From IMG/VR virus record IMGVR_UViG_3300032288_002343, positions 1 through 64,000 of that record: 64,000 bases of DNA. One strand, 5' to 3'. A program made the translations under genes and the position numbers. The DNA is from a virus (Duplodnaviria > Heunggongvirae > Uroviricota > Caudoviricetes). A model generated the notes under the pieces. The model had not been told where the DNA came from, ran no database searches, and was given only the letters and a program-made list of their open reading frames with translations. Each line of letters begins with the position of its first letter. Positions within the stretch are counted from its first letter, which is position 1. Positions 41,142 through 49,696 of this stretch are shown piece after piece.

Positions 41142-41202
41142 TAAAAAGTGTTGGTTTTCCCAATGAAAAATAGTATATTTGTAGACAATTAAACAATCAA
41201 TT

Positions 41203-42231
41203 ATGGCAAAAGCAAAGCAAGAAGTTTCTGAAGCAAAAAGCAAATTTCAGGAAGCATTAGACAAACTAAACAAAACGTATGGTGAAGGCACAGTGCTTGC
41301 ACTAGACAGCAAAACTAATGGTAATTATGATGTCATTAGTTCTGGATCAATTGGATTTGACAACATTACATTAGGTGTAGGTGGATTTGTTAAAGGACGC
41401 CTGTACGAACTAATGGGATGGGAAGGTACAGGTAAATCAACTATCTGTGGTCACGTATCTGCAGAGTGTCAGAAGAAAGGAGGCACTGTTCTCTATATAG
41501 ATGGTGAGCATGCTGTTGATAAGAAGTATTTCCAAGCTCTGGGTGTAGACACTACCAAGATGTTAATCGCTCAACCATCATGTGGTGAGGAAGGTTTTAA
41601 CATTGCTATGGAGATGATTAACAGTGGATCTGTTGACCTAGTTATTATCGACTCAGACTCATCACTAATTCCTAAGAAGGTGCTAGATGGTGAGGTGGGT
41701 GATAGTGCTATCGGTAAGAAAGCTGTACTTAACAGCAATGCCTATCCAAAACTAAAGACAGCTCTATCTGCTAACAACGTTTGTGTTATAGTTATTAGTC
41801 AGTATCGTGAGAAGATTGGTGTTATGTTTGGTAATCCTACCACAACACAAGGAGGACATGCGCTGAAGTTCTATTCAGATGTTCGTATAGAAGTGAGTAG
41901 AAGTTTGGCAAAAGAAGGTGATGTAACCTATGGTAATCTAACCAAGGTGAAAGCTATCAAGAATAAAATGAATCCTCCCTATCGTATGAGTAGTTTTGAG
42001 ATTGTGTATGGTGAGGGTATTGACAAAGTGGGTGAAGTGCTTGAGCTCATGAATGAATATGAAGTGGGCAGAAAGTATGGAAAAACCATGACTTTTAACG
42101 AAACTAAGTATGATTTAGAGGAATTTAAACGCATGCTTATAGATAACTCTGAGTTCTATACAGAGATCAAAACCGCAATTCTTAACAAAATAAAAGAAGC
42201 AGATGTCCAAGAAGTCAGCGTTGAAGATTAA
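41203..42231 (+). CDS. RecA/UvsX-family recombinase
   Basis: Walker A GWEGTGKST, Walker B VDLVIIDSDSS. A canonical TAtaTTTG -7 box lies about 20 nt upstream. Confidence 0.75.
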   Translation: MAKAKQEVSEAKSKFQEALDKLNKTYGEGTVLALDSKTNGNYDVISSGSIGFDNITLGVGGFVKGRLYELMGWEGTGKSTICGHVSAECQKKGGTVLYIDGEHAVDKKYFQALGVDTTKMLIAQPSCGEEGFNIAMEMINSGSVDLVIIDSDSSLIPKKVLDGEVGDSAIGKKAVLNSNAYPKLKTALSANNVCVIVISQYREKIGVMFGNPTTTQGGHALKFYSDVRIEVSRSLAKEGDVTYGNLTKVKAIKNKMNPPYRMSSFEIVYGEGIDKVGEVLELMNEYEVGRKYGKTMTFNETKYDLEEFKRMLIDNSEFYTEIKTAILNKIKEADVQEVSVED

Positions 42232-42655
42232 TTTTAAGAAGATACACGAGCAAGCCAAGCTACCCACAAAGGGTAGTTTGGACGCTGCTTGTTTCGATGT
42301 GTATGCAGCTAGTATAAAGATCGAGCGTCCTAACAAAATGATTGTAGGACTAGGATTTGCCACAGAAATTCCTACAGGCTATAAAGGAATCATTGTCCCT
42401 CGTAGTGGACTATCTAAAATGAATTGGGTGTTAGCTAACTCAATAGGCATTATAGACTCTGACTACCGTGGTGAATGGATGGTGATATTTAGATGCCTAG
42501 GGGAAATGATCTACCAACCTCTACCATTTGGTATAGGTGATAGATGTGCTCAAATCTATTTTGAGAAGATATTAGATGTAGCATTTGTAGAAACTGAAGA
42601 GCTTTCTGACACAGAGCGTGGAGAAGGAGGCTTTGGATCAACTGGAACAAAATGA
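42203..42655 (+). CDS. dut: dUTP diphosphatase
   Basis: IIVPRSGLSKMNWVLANSIGIIDSDYRGE, the dUTPase motif 3 context. Confidence 0.75.
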   Translation: MSKKSALKINFKKIHEQAKLPTKGSLDAACFDVYAASIKIERPNKMIVGLGFATEIPTGYKGIIVPRSGLSKMNWVLANSIGIIDSDYRGEWMVIFRCLGEMIYQPLPFGIGDRCAQIYFEKILDVAFVETEELSDTERGEGGFGSTGTK

Positions 42656-42879
42656 GTAAGCTAATACTATCCCTGGAAGATGAGAATACAAGCTTGTTCT
42701 CCAAACAATATCTAAGTCTTCCTGAGCTGTGTGATGAGATAGAGAAACAGCTTGAAGATCTGCATAAAATGGACAAGCGTAAGAAGAAAGAGCTCAAGAA
42801 AGCTAAGGAGGATGTTAACTTCCTTATAGACATGTATAATGCTAGAGCTAAATTTAAAACCTATAATCGTGTAAAATGA
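42652..42879 (+). CDS. hypothetical protein
   Basis: 75 aa coiled-coil ORF coupled to its neighbours. Confidence 0.4.
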   Translation: MSKLILSLEDENTSLFSKQYLSLPELCDEIEKQLEDLHKMDKRKKKELKKAKEDVNFLIDMYNARAKFKTYNRVK

Positions 42880-43280
42880 GCACATGCCCCACGTGTGGAG
42901 CAAAGTGTGAAGGATCTCATTGTTTCAGACATAAACCTAGAAAGCCACTAGCTATTAAAAAAGGATTCAGTAATTTGACAAAACCTGTTAAATCTGAAGA
43001 GGAAATTCGGAAGATTTCCGAGATGCAGGAGTTTTTCTTACAATTATGGAAAAAATTCCCTCATTATTCCCAGGTTAGTGGAAAATATTTAGGATCTGAG
43101 CCTCTAACAGTGTTCTTTCATCACATTCTTCCTAAGGAAAAATGTCCTCAAGCTTCTATGGATGAGGAAAATATCATACTTTTGACTCTAGAGGAGCATG
43201 AACAGATAGAACTGGACATGTATAGGTATGAAGAAGTCAATACTAAGCGTAACTACTTAAAAAAGAAATATGACATTTAG
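42876..43280 (+). CDS. HNH-like endonuclease
   Basis: CPTCGAKCEGSHC zinc knuckle and HHILPKEKCP. Confidence 0.45.
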   Translation: MSTCPTCGAKCEGSHCFRHKPRKPLAIKKGFSNLTKPVKSEEEIRKISEMQEFFLQLWKKFPHYSQVSGKYLGSEPLTVFFHHILPKEKCPQASMDEENIILLTLEEHEQIELDMYRYEEVNTKRNYLKKKYDI

Positions 43281-43713
43281 AGAAAAAATACTCCTAGTGC
43301 TGCTCTTTGCAGTGCTAATCTTCGTACCTATTCTAGTGATGGAAGTAGATAAGAAGATTGATGTCTATCAGGACCAAGTTATAACACTTAATGGTTGTAC
43401 ATATGACATAGATGTAACTGTTATAGTTACAGCAGACACTGAAAAAGCTATGGAGTTTGTAGTGGAAAATACCACAAGTTCCATAACATCAGAAGACTTC
43501 CTTGCTAGTGGAACTACATTTAGCGATGAAGAGGGGAATATAATAGTTTGGTTATCTAGTCCACAAGATAAAGGTGTTATTAGTCACGAGCTCTTGCATG
43601 CCACAATTTCCATAATGTCATGGGCAGGGATTCCTTTTAATGAAAGTACAGAGGAGTCCTACGCCTATGAACTTCAGTATTTAACAAATCAATTTTATAA
43701 ACAAATCAAATGA
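43270..43713 (+). CDS. membrane-anchored HExxH mini-metallopeptidase-like protein
   Basis: N-terminal TM helix LLVLLFAVLIFVPILVM, then SHELLHATISIM...NESTEE (HExxH plus a downstream Glu). Confidence 0.45.
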   Translation: MTFREKILLVLLFAVLIFVPILVMEVDKKIDVYQDQVITLNGCTYDIDVTVIVTADTEKAMEFVVENTTSSITSEDFLASGTTFSDEEGNIIVWLSSPQDKGVISHELLHATISIMSWAGIPFNESTEESYAYELQYLTNQFYKQIK

Positions 43714-44012
43714 AAAACCAGTTTTTCTACACTCGTAAGGAGTTAAAATCAGGGACTCCAGAAAACCCTGTGTACAATGTATTTCGTGACAGCTTTAACA
43801 TCAACAAGGTGATTCGCTCTGTTGCTATTGAGGATGGACGTATAATGATTTTATTAGATGATATCCATGAGCGTGCTCAGGAGGTTCCTGAAATTGATCC
43901 TCGTACTAATAAGATGAAGGGTATGAAGCGTCAGAAGAATACATTCCAGTCTGAAATTTATTTAGAAGGAGAAGACGTAGAACGTTTTTATGCTGCCACT
44001 AATATCATGTAA
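43710..44012 (+). CDS. hypothetical protein
   Basis: 100 aa ORF. Confidence 0.4.
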   Translation: MKNQFFYTRKELKSGTPENPVYNVFRDSFNINKVIRSVAIEDGRIMILLDDIHERAQEVPEIDPRTNKMKGMKRQKNTFQSEIYLEGEDVERFYAATNIM

Positions 44013-44742
44013 AATGATCACTTATGGTAGGGTGAGTACGCTTGAGGAAAGTTTAGAATCTTTCCTCAGGCAGGACTACCCTGCTGATAAATGTGAGCTA
44101 GTGATAGTGAATGACTATCCCTTACAAACTCTTAAGTTTGATCACCCACAGGTGAAGATTGTAAATGTCAATCAAACATTCACAACTATTGGAGCTAAGG
44201 AAAACTTTGCAACAGAAATGTGTGATGGAGAGATTATATGCCAGTGGGATGATGATGATTTAGCTATGCCTTGGCATTTACAGAATGTAGCTAAATATTT
44301 CACAGATGATGTGAACATTCTCCATTGGAATCCTGGTGTGTTTTATAACGGAGATAATATAACAGACATCACCTGGATAGGTAATTCAGGAATAGTATTT
44401 CGTAAATCTGTTTGGAAAGAAATAGGAGGACATCCTATTGAGAACGCTGGATATGACATGACATTCATAGAAACTCTGCATAAGTATGGAGGAAGACTAT
44501 TTGCTGAACCTCCTAAAGCTGAAGCTAGCTGGTTTTATATGTGGGGAGGACGTAGCTATCACATGTCTGGTCAGGGACATGATAAACCTGGCAAACCTAA
44601 TGCCATCCAAAGGCACAGTGCATATATAGAAAACCTTAGACAGCAGGGTAAGATTCCTACAGGTGAGGTGCAACTCAATCCTCATTGGAAAAAGGATTAT
44701 GTTAAGATGTTAGAAGACCACATAAAAAAAGCCCCTAGATAG
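43990..44742 (+). CDS. family 2 glycosyltransferase
   Basis: N-terminal GT-A start ITYGRVSTLEESLESFLRQDYP, VIVNDYP, DxD region QWDDDDL. Confidence 0.6.
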   Translation: MLPLISCKMITYGRVSTLEESLESFLRQDYPADKCELVIVNDYPLQTLKFDHPQVKIVNVNQTFTTIGAKENFATEMCDGEIICQWDDDDLAMPWHLQNVAKYFTDDVNILHWNPGVFYNGDNITDITWIGNSGIVFRKSVWKEIGGHPIENAGYDMTFIETLHKYGGRLFAEPPKAEASWFYMWGGRSYHMSGQGHDKPGKPNAIQRHSAYIENLRQQGKIPTGEVQLNPHWKKDYVKMLEDHIKKAPR

Positions 44743-44755
44743 GGGCTTTCTTATT
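44731..44755 (+). terminator. rho-independent terminator overlapping the stop codon
   Basis: GCCCCT-agat-AGGGGC hairpin followed by TTTCTTATT. Confidence 0.55.
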
Positions 44756-44921
44756 AAACAAACAATTATGAAACAAAAACTATTTTGAAAGACGTTTAGT
44801 CTTCATAGGCCACATTTTACTTGACCTTCTAAGCTTTGTATCTGCTTCCTTCATATAGTTAGCATTAATGGGCTTAGGGGCTGGGACTTTGGGTGCCTTT
44901 TTTGGTTTACCTGATTTCATA

Positions 44922-45380
44922 TTAATAGCATCCTCCTCTGCATTTACCACCCATCATCATTTTCTTAGGTGACTTACCAGCTTTCTTCATGGCAATAGCT
45001 ACAGCAGCTTGCTTCTTTAAAGCAGCACCGCCTTTAGCTTTCTTCATTTTACCACCATTCTTAATAACACCACGTCCTTTAAGAATATCAGCTTTAGTGA
45101 TTTTACCATCTTTGTTCAGGTCAGGGAAACTCTTACCATTCTTAGCCTTTACCTTAATTCCTTTACGCCCTATGTTCTTTTGAGAAGCAGGCATAGCAGG
45201 CTTATTCTTTTCAAGATTTCTAATCTCTTCTTTAGTAGCTTGACGGTCTTTACGCTCAATCTTACGAGGATTATATTTTGGCATGCTTTTCATTTCCTTT
45301 TTACTAGGAGTGATCATACCACTAGGATACTTACGAGTGGTGGTATCTCCACCCATTTGATACTTTTTAATCTTTCCCAT
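44922..45380 (-). CDS. basic paralog 1 (K/R-rich, MGKIKKYQMG N-terminus)
   Basis: 152 aa, extremely basic. Last gene of a five-gene tandem family. Confidence 0.55.
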   Translation of the reverse strand: MGKIKKYQMGGDTTTRKYPSGMITPSKKEMKSMPKYNPRKIERKDRQATKEEIRNLEKNKPAMPASQKNIGRKGIKVKAKNGKSFPDLNKDGKITKADILKGRGVIKNGGKMKKAKGGAALKKQAAVAIAMKKAGKSPKKMMMGGKCRGGCY

Positions 45381-45401
45381 TTTTATTTGAGTTTTTAATT
45401 G

Positions 45402-45854
45402 TTAGCAATTCCATTTACGGAGAGACTTATTAATTCTGCTATTTGGATCGTTGGCAGTTTTGGCAGATGTCAGTCTTTTCTTCATTCCAGACATACGAGC
45501 ACAAAAACTCTTACGACGATTAGCAGCTTTACTTCCAGGTTTTAGTTTAGAAGGCTTAGTGGTTACAGCTGTCTTAAGCTTGCTTCCAGGATTAGCACGT
45601 CTATAACTTGCTACACCCTTAGCATTCAATCCACCTGAAGGATTCTTTCCTTCCTTTCTTTGCCAAGCTGGTGTACTACCACCGCTACGCATTTTGGGAG
45701 CTCTACGTTCTTCACGTCTAGCTTGTCTATCAGCTTGACGGTTTTCTCTAGCAGCTTGACGTTCTTCCTTACGCACTTGTTTTTCAATACCACAAGAACG
45801 ACCACTAGATCTACCAACACGCATGCCCATTTGAGCTTTCTTAACTGTAGCCAT
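45402..45854 (-). CDS. basic paralog 2 (MATVKKAQMG)
   Basis: 150 aa, R/K-rich. Confidence 0.55.
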   Translation of the reverse strand: MATVKKAQMGMRVGRSSGRSCGIEKQVRKEERQAARENRQADRQARREERRAPKMRSGGSTPAWQRKEGKNPSGGLNAKGVASYRRANPGSKLKTAVTTKPSKLKPGSKAANRRKSFCARMSGMKKRLTSAKTANDPNSRINKSLRKWNC

Positions 45855-46303
45855 TACTTCTTCTTTTTGTAGTAATTAGGATTTTCCCTGTGCCACTTCC
45901 TAACAGAAGCAACACCCTGTTTTACTGTCTTAGCTTTGGCTTTTTTAGTGAGGTTGATTTTGTCCCATTTACCAGCAGGAATACCAGCTGTATGATCTAC
46001 AACAATATCACCTTTCTTATTCTTAAATACCTTGTGAGTTTGTCCACCAACCTTCACAACAGCCCCACCTTTTTTAAGTGTAGAACCTTTGAAAGGTCCT
46101 TTCTTCTTAATAAGTGGTCCGTTAGGAACAGGTGTAATGGATCCCTTGACAGCTGTAATTGTATCACCACTCCTTAAAACACGTTTACCCACATAAGCTT
46201 CTGCTTTCTGTGGGTTACGTACGCCATTTCCTCTTGTTACATTCTGAGGAAGTGTGTTGCGCAATCTAGGAGCGCTCTTGAGGAGTTTCTTAATGCTAGG
46301 CAT
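45854..46303 (-). CDS. basic paralog 3 (MPSIKKLLKS)
   Basis: 149 aa, K-rich. Start overlaps the preceding stop. Confidence 0.55.
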   Translation of the reverse strand: MPSIKKLLKSAPRLRNTLPQNVTRGNGVRNPQKAEAYVGKRVLRSGDTITAVKGSITPVPNGPLIKKKGPFKGSTLKKGGAVVKVGGQTHKVFKNKKGDIVVDHTAGIPAGKWDKINLTKKAKAKTVKQGVASVRKWHRENPNYYKKKK

Positions 46304-46680
46304 TATTTCTTACGCATCTTCTTTAAGGTCTGAGCAAGACGTGCACGCTGACCTAATTTACCTTTAGCCTTTGCAGCTTTAGCAAGCTTAGCAGCAGGGA
46401 TGGGTTTACCAGGCTTAGCACCAAGTTGAGCACGGAGAGCTCCAGGCTTCTTAATAGCCTTTTGAATCCATTTGCCACCTTTAGCTTTAGCCACCTTAGC
46501 ACCCTTCTTAGCAGTCATACTAGTAGCACCAAGTTCTTTATCACGTGTAAGACTAACAGGTGTACGCTTACCAGCAAGTGTCATTTCTTGCACCTTTGTC
46601 CAAGCGCCCTTAGGATCAACAGGTCCTACACGCTTAGTAGAAGCTTTTAAACCAGCTTGAGCTTTTTTAATATGTCTCAT
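46303..46680 (-). CDS. basic paralog 4 (MRHIKKAQAG)
   Basis: 125 aa, K/A-rich. Confidence 0.55.
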   Translation of the reverse strand: MRHIKKAQAGLKASTKRVGPVDPKGAWTKVQEMTLAGKRTPVSLTRDKELGATSMTAKKGAKVAKAKGGKWIQKAIKKPGALRAQLGAKPGKPIPAAKLAKAAKAKGKLGQRARLAQTLKKMRKK

Positions 46681-47114
46681 TTTCCTTTAGCTTTAATTTT
46701 ACGTTCTTGTTTTAGCATTGCTGCTGTAGGTTTTTTACCAGGCTTACCTGCTGCCTTATTACGTTTAGCTGCTGCACGAATATTATCCCACAAACCACGT
46801 TGTGAAACAGATCCATCAGCACGCTTTAACATTTGTTTACCACCCTTGGCCTTAGTCATCTTACCACCAGAGCGTTGTTTAGGAGCAGTTTTTTTAGTGG
46901 TTTTTTCAATAGCTTTATTAAACACATTCTTTAAGCTATCACTCTTAGCTGCTCTTTTGGATAATTCTTGTGAAATATCATCGTATCCTTTTGGACCAAT
47001 AGTTCTTTGTCTAGCAGCAGCCATTCTTGTTCTAGCATCGTAATCAAGAGAATCTCTTTTTCTCTTTGCTTCAGATAGTGTAAATCCTTTCTGAGCTTTT
47101 TTAATATTAGCCAT
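46677..47114 (-). CDS. basic paralog 5 (MANIKKAQKG)
   Basis: 145 aa, K/R-rich. First gene of the array. Confidence 0.55.
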   Translation of the reverse strand: MANIKKAQKGFTLSEAKRKRDSLDYDARTRMAAARQRTIGPKGYDDISQELSKRAAKSDSLKNVFNKAIEKTTKKTAPKQRSGGKMTKAKGGKQMLKRADGSVSQRGLWDNIRAAAKRNKAAGKPGKKPTAAMLKQERKIKAKGK

Positions 47115-47126
47115 GTCAATAATTTT

Positions 47127-47366
47127 TTATAGACCAGCAACCTTAGGGGCTTCTGGAGCTTCTTTAACAATGTTAGCTTCTACAGCTTTAGCAAGCGCTG
47201 CTTCAACAGCTTGGTTAGCTTCATTAGCTAGAAGAATGCGTCCAGCTTCTTCTGTATTTAGAACAGCACGAAATGCGTTCAAAATGAGACCAAATTCTGC
47301 TCCTGTGAATTCAAATTTGTCTGTGGGAGTCCATGTGTAGCGTTTGCTAGGATCGTAAGTTGCCAT
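47127..47366 (-). CDS. hypothetical protein
   Basis: 79 aa. A canonical promoter lies just upstream. Confidence 0.45.
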   Translation of the reverse strand: MATYDPSKRYTWTPTDKFEFTGAEFGLILNAFRAVLNTEEAGRILLANEANQAVEAALAKAVEANIVKEAPEAPKVAGL

Positions 47367-47388
47367 ATTATTTATTTTTTGGTTTGGA

Positions 47389-47420
47389 CAAATGTATATA
47401 TGGTTTATGAATTTTCCAAA
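47389..47420 (-). promoter_or_regulatory. Bacteroidota-type promoter (TTTG-N20-TACATTTG)
   Basis: Reverse complement reads gaTTTGgaaaattcataaaccatataTACATTTGtcc, about 20 nt upstream of the ATG at 47366. Confidence 0.5.
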
Positions 47421-47695
47421 TCTATTTCAAAAGCTATCGTGGCTGAGCTTTTTATACTCTTAGACAACTTGAGCTTTATGTGGAAGACATTATGTAGTTT
47501 AAGGATCTCTTCCAATAGCATCTGGTTATATTTAGGAACACTGGGTACCAGTCTAAAATGATAAGAATGAGGATTCTTGGTTATCTCCAGGATACTTAAT
47601 TCATCCACTGAGTTAATCACTCCCTCTAGATGTGCAAAATAAGCTACTTCGTTATCAGGCATCACCTCAGGGAAGAACCTCTTATTAATTGTCAT
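47405..47695 (-). CDS. hypothetical protein
   Basis: 96 aa ORF. Confidence 0.4.
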   Translation of the reverse strand: MTINKRFFPEVMPDNEVAYFAHLEGVINSVDELSILEITKNPHSYHFRLVPSVPKYNQMLLEEILKLHNVFHIKLKLSKSIKSSATIAFEIDLENS

Positions 47696-48108
47696 TAGGA
47701 CAGTGTTAGCAGGTACTTAGTTTTTGCAGCTTCTCCAGATAGAGCGTCAGCTAGATTAGCAATGTCATGAAACCCGTTGCTCTCACCAAAACTCTTAAGG
47801 CTTGAGGCGAAACTCATAAGCTCACTCACCACAATACTAGCACTTGCTGTATCTGATAGAGGTTCTACCTTTGGTGCTTTGGGACGCTTGCCCATATAGC
47901 CCATAAGTTTCTCAATCACCCCATCCTTAAAATCATGTACATAATCATATAGTCCACCAAGAGCTTGGTGTTCTGCATAACTCTGTGTTTGCCAATGCAA
48001 TAAATGTAATTGCTCATGGAAGTAGGTGAGCTTTCCAGCAATGCCTTCAAGCGTCATTTCACCAGCCCCACTCTTCAGCATGTCTGAAGGAAATAATGAC
48101 TTTGCCAT
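47695..48108 (-). CDS. hypothetical protein (138 aa; true start MAKSLFPSD)
   Basis: The track's 163-aa version starts inside the poly-Thr repeat of the upstream gene in another frame (MLYSYYNYHYNN...). The ATG at 48108 follows the upstream stop by 2 nt. Confidence 0.45.
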   Translation of the reverse strand: MAKSLFPSDMLKSGAGEMTLEGIAGKLTYFHEQLHLLHWQTQSYAEHQALGGLYDYVHDFKDGVIEKLMGYMGKRPKAPKVEPLSDTASASIVVSELMSFASSLKSFGESNGFHDIANLADALSGEAAKTKYLLTLS

Positions 48109-48110
48109 AA

Positions 48111-48314
48111 TTATTGAATAGTAGTTGTAGTAGTTGTTGTAGGTGCTACTGTTGTTGTAGTGGTAGTTGTAGTAGGAGTACAACATTGATTTGCATCAAT
48201 CTCTTGCCAATTACCAACCTTAGGTTTAAATCGCTGAAGGATTAAACTTCCTGCAATTACACGTCCTGTACCATCGTAACGAACGTATGCCTTTAGCTTA
48301 TTATTAGTTGCCAT
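48111..48314 (-). CDS. small poly-Thr-tailed protein, paralog A (67 aa)
   Basis: MATNNKLKAYVRYDGTGRVIAGSLILQRFKPKVGNWQEIDANQCCTPTTTTTTTTVAPTTTTTTTIQ. Confidence 0.5.
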   Translation of the reverse strand: MATNNKLKAYVRYDGTGRVIAGSLILQRFKPKVGNWQEIDANQCCTPTTTTTTTTVAPTTTTTTTIQ

Positions 48315-48325
48315 ACTTTTAAAAT

Positions 48326-48503
48326 TTAGGGTTGAGTGGTTGTGGTTGTAGTTGTAAGATTACAGCATTCATAAGCTGGAATTTCCACCCACTTACCTAC
48401 CTTGGGTTTTTTCCTTCTTAGAATCAGGCTGCTGGGAACGATTCTCCCAGAACCGTCAAAGCGTACATAAGCTTTGAGAGGGCGACTGTCAATTGTGGCC
48501 ATG
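48326..48503 (-). CDS. small poly-Thr-tailed protein, paralog B (58 aa; below the ORF-track cutoff)
   Basis: Hand translation from the complement ATG at 48503: MATIDSRPLKAYVRFDGSGRIVPSSLILRRKKPKVGKWVEIPAYECCNLTTTTTTTQP. Clear paralog of the 67-aa protein. Confidence 0.45.
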
Positions 48504-48504
48504 A

Positions 48505-49521
48505 TTAATAGTTTAAATTATACTTGTTAAAAAGTTCTTTTAATTCGTTTGCATAATACCATGTACATCTAGTTTTTGATTTCTCATCACTGAGAACAGA
48601 GTTAAGATGTTCATCTTTTGAAGGATCTAGTCCTTGATGATATTTACCTTTATAAAAACAGTTGTGTCCATCCATAAAAGGAGACACAATTCCTGCATTA
48701 TGAAGGATTGGATGTGTTTCTAGTTTAGTAATGGGGTCTGGTGCCCAGCTAAATCCCATTTCAGGAATCACCTTCACCTCTTTTTCTTTTACCCACAGGT
48801 TCCACAGAACAGCCCACATATCAGCACACCAACTTTGGAATCCTTTGTTTTCGTTATCAAAGAATTCTTTGTTCACCTTCTGTAAGTAGCTTCTAATAAC
48901 AATACAGTCATTTATCACCTTGTTCCAAAAACTAGCATCTATGTTCTTAAGGAGGTATTGAGCTCCACCACTATCATCATTCTTAGCTACAGCTTCCTCC
49001 CTACTGATACCAATCACACTTCCTATTTCAGCAAGTATATCGCGTGTCTTGTATTCCTCTAGTTTCTCAGGTTTGACATCTCTCACCTTACTATCAAAAT
49101 ATGCAGCACTTATATAGCTGGTTGTTTCAGAAAGATAACATACATCATCATCCACAAACTGTTGAATATCAAAATGTTGTGTGAACAACACATCTGAATC
49201 ACAGTAGAATATAGCCTTATCGCTTAGTTCTGGATGTTTTTGCCAGTGTCTCCAAAGAGTGTAAGGTCTAAGCACAGGGATGTAGATTCCTAAAAGAGAA
49301 CTTATTTGATGTTCATCTTTATAAAAGTGAAACTCAGCCTCAGGATAGAGATCTATAACTTGTTTCCACTTAGGATTTTCCTCTCTGTAATTAGGAGTGA
49401 AAATAAGAACAATAGCCTTGTCAGATTCGTTTCTCTTTCTAAGGCTCTCCAACCATAAATGTACCTGCCATGTGTAGTAGGTATCATCTGGTTGAACACA
49501 GACATACTTTAAATCCTTCAT
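48505..49521 (-). CDS. putative nucleotide-sugar glycosyltransferase (DxD)
   Basis: 338 aa. Contains FYCDSDVLF (DxD-like). Flanked on both sides by poly-Thr-tailed small genes. Family unclear. Confidence 0.4.
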   Translation of the reverse strand: MKDLKYVCVQPDDTYYTWQVHLWLESLRKRNESDKAIVLIFTPNYREENPKWKQVIDLYPEAEFHFYKDEHQISSLLGIYIPVLRPYTLWRHWQKHPELSDKAIFYCDSDVLFTQHFDIQQFVDDDVCYLSETTSYISAAYFDSKVRDVKPEKLEEYKTRDILAEIGSVIGISREEAVAKNDDSGGAQYLLKNIDASFWNKVINDCIVIRSYLQKVNKEFFDNENKGFQSWCADMWAVLWNLWVKEKEVKVIPEMGFSWAPDPITKLETHPILHNAGIVSPFMDGHNCFYKGKYHQGLDPSKDEHLNSVLSDEKSKTRCTWYYANELKELFNKYNLNY

Positions 49522-49550
49522 ATGTAGTTATTGGTTTTAAAAGTTTCTCC

Positions 49551-49694
49551 TTATGGAGTGGTAGTGGTTGTAGTGGTAGTGCTAGCATTAGCTATAGTAC
49601 CCACTATCCCAATCAGTTGCTGAAGCTGCTTAGAAATATTCCAAAGGAGCTGCGACTGAGGGTCCTGACTTAAGGGTCTTGATGGTATTGCCAT
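49551..49694 (-). CDS. small poly-Thr-tailed protein (47 aa) sharing its N-terminus with the collagen-like fiber
   Basis: Hand translation: MAIPSRPLSQDPQSQLLWNISKQLQQLIGIVGTIANASTTTTTTTTP. The upstream fiber starts MAIPSRQIGWGPQENLLWEIAKQMEQL. Confidence 0.4.
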   Translation of the reverse strand: MAIPSRPLSQDPQSQLLWNISKQLQQLIGIVGTIANASTTTTTTTTP

Positions 49695-49696
49695 GA

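Noticed and set aside
45180-47340. Multiple plus-strand ORFs (for example 46657..47043, 46472..46660) overlapping the basic-protein array
   Set aside because: They are antisense to five tightly coupled, paralogous minus-strand genes. Their Leu/Ala/Ser-rich translations are typical of reverse frames of Lys/Ala-rich genes.
48111-48186. N-terminal 26 residues (MLYSYYNYHYNNSSTYNNYYNYY...) of the 163-aa ORF 47695..48186
   Set aside because: This is the out-of-frame reading of the ACN repeats that encode the poly-Thr tail of the upstream gene. The real start is the ATG at 48108.
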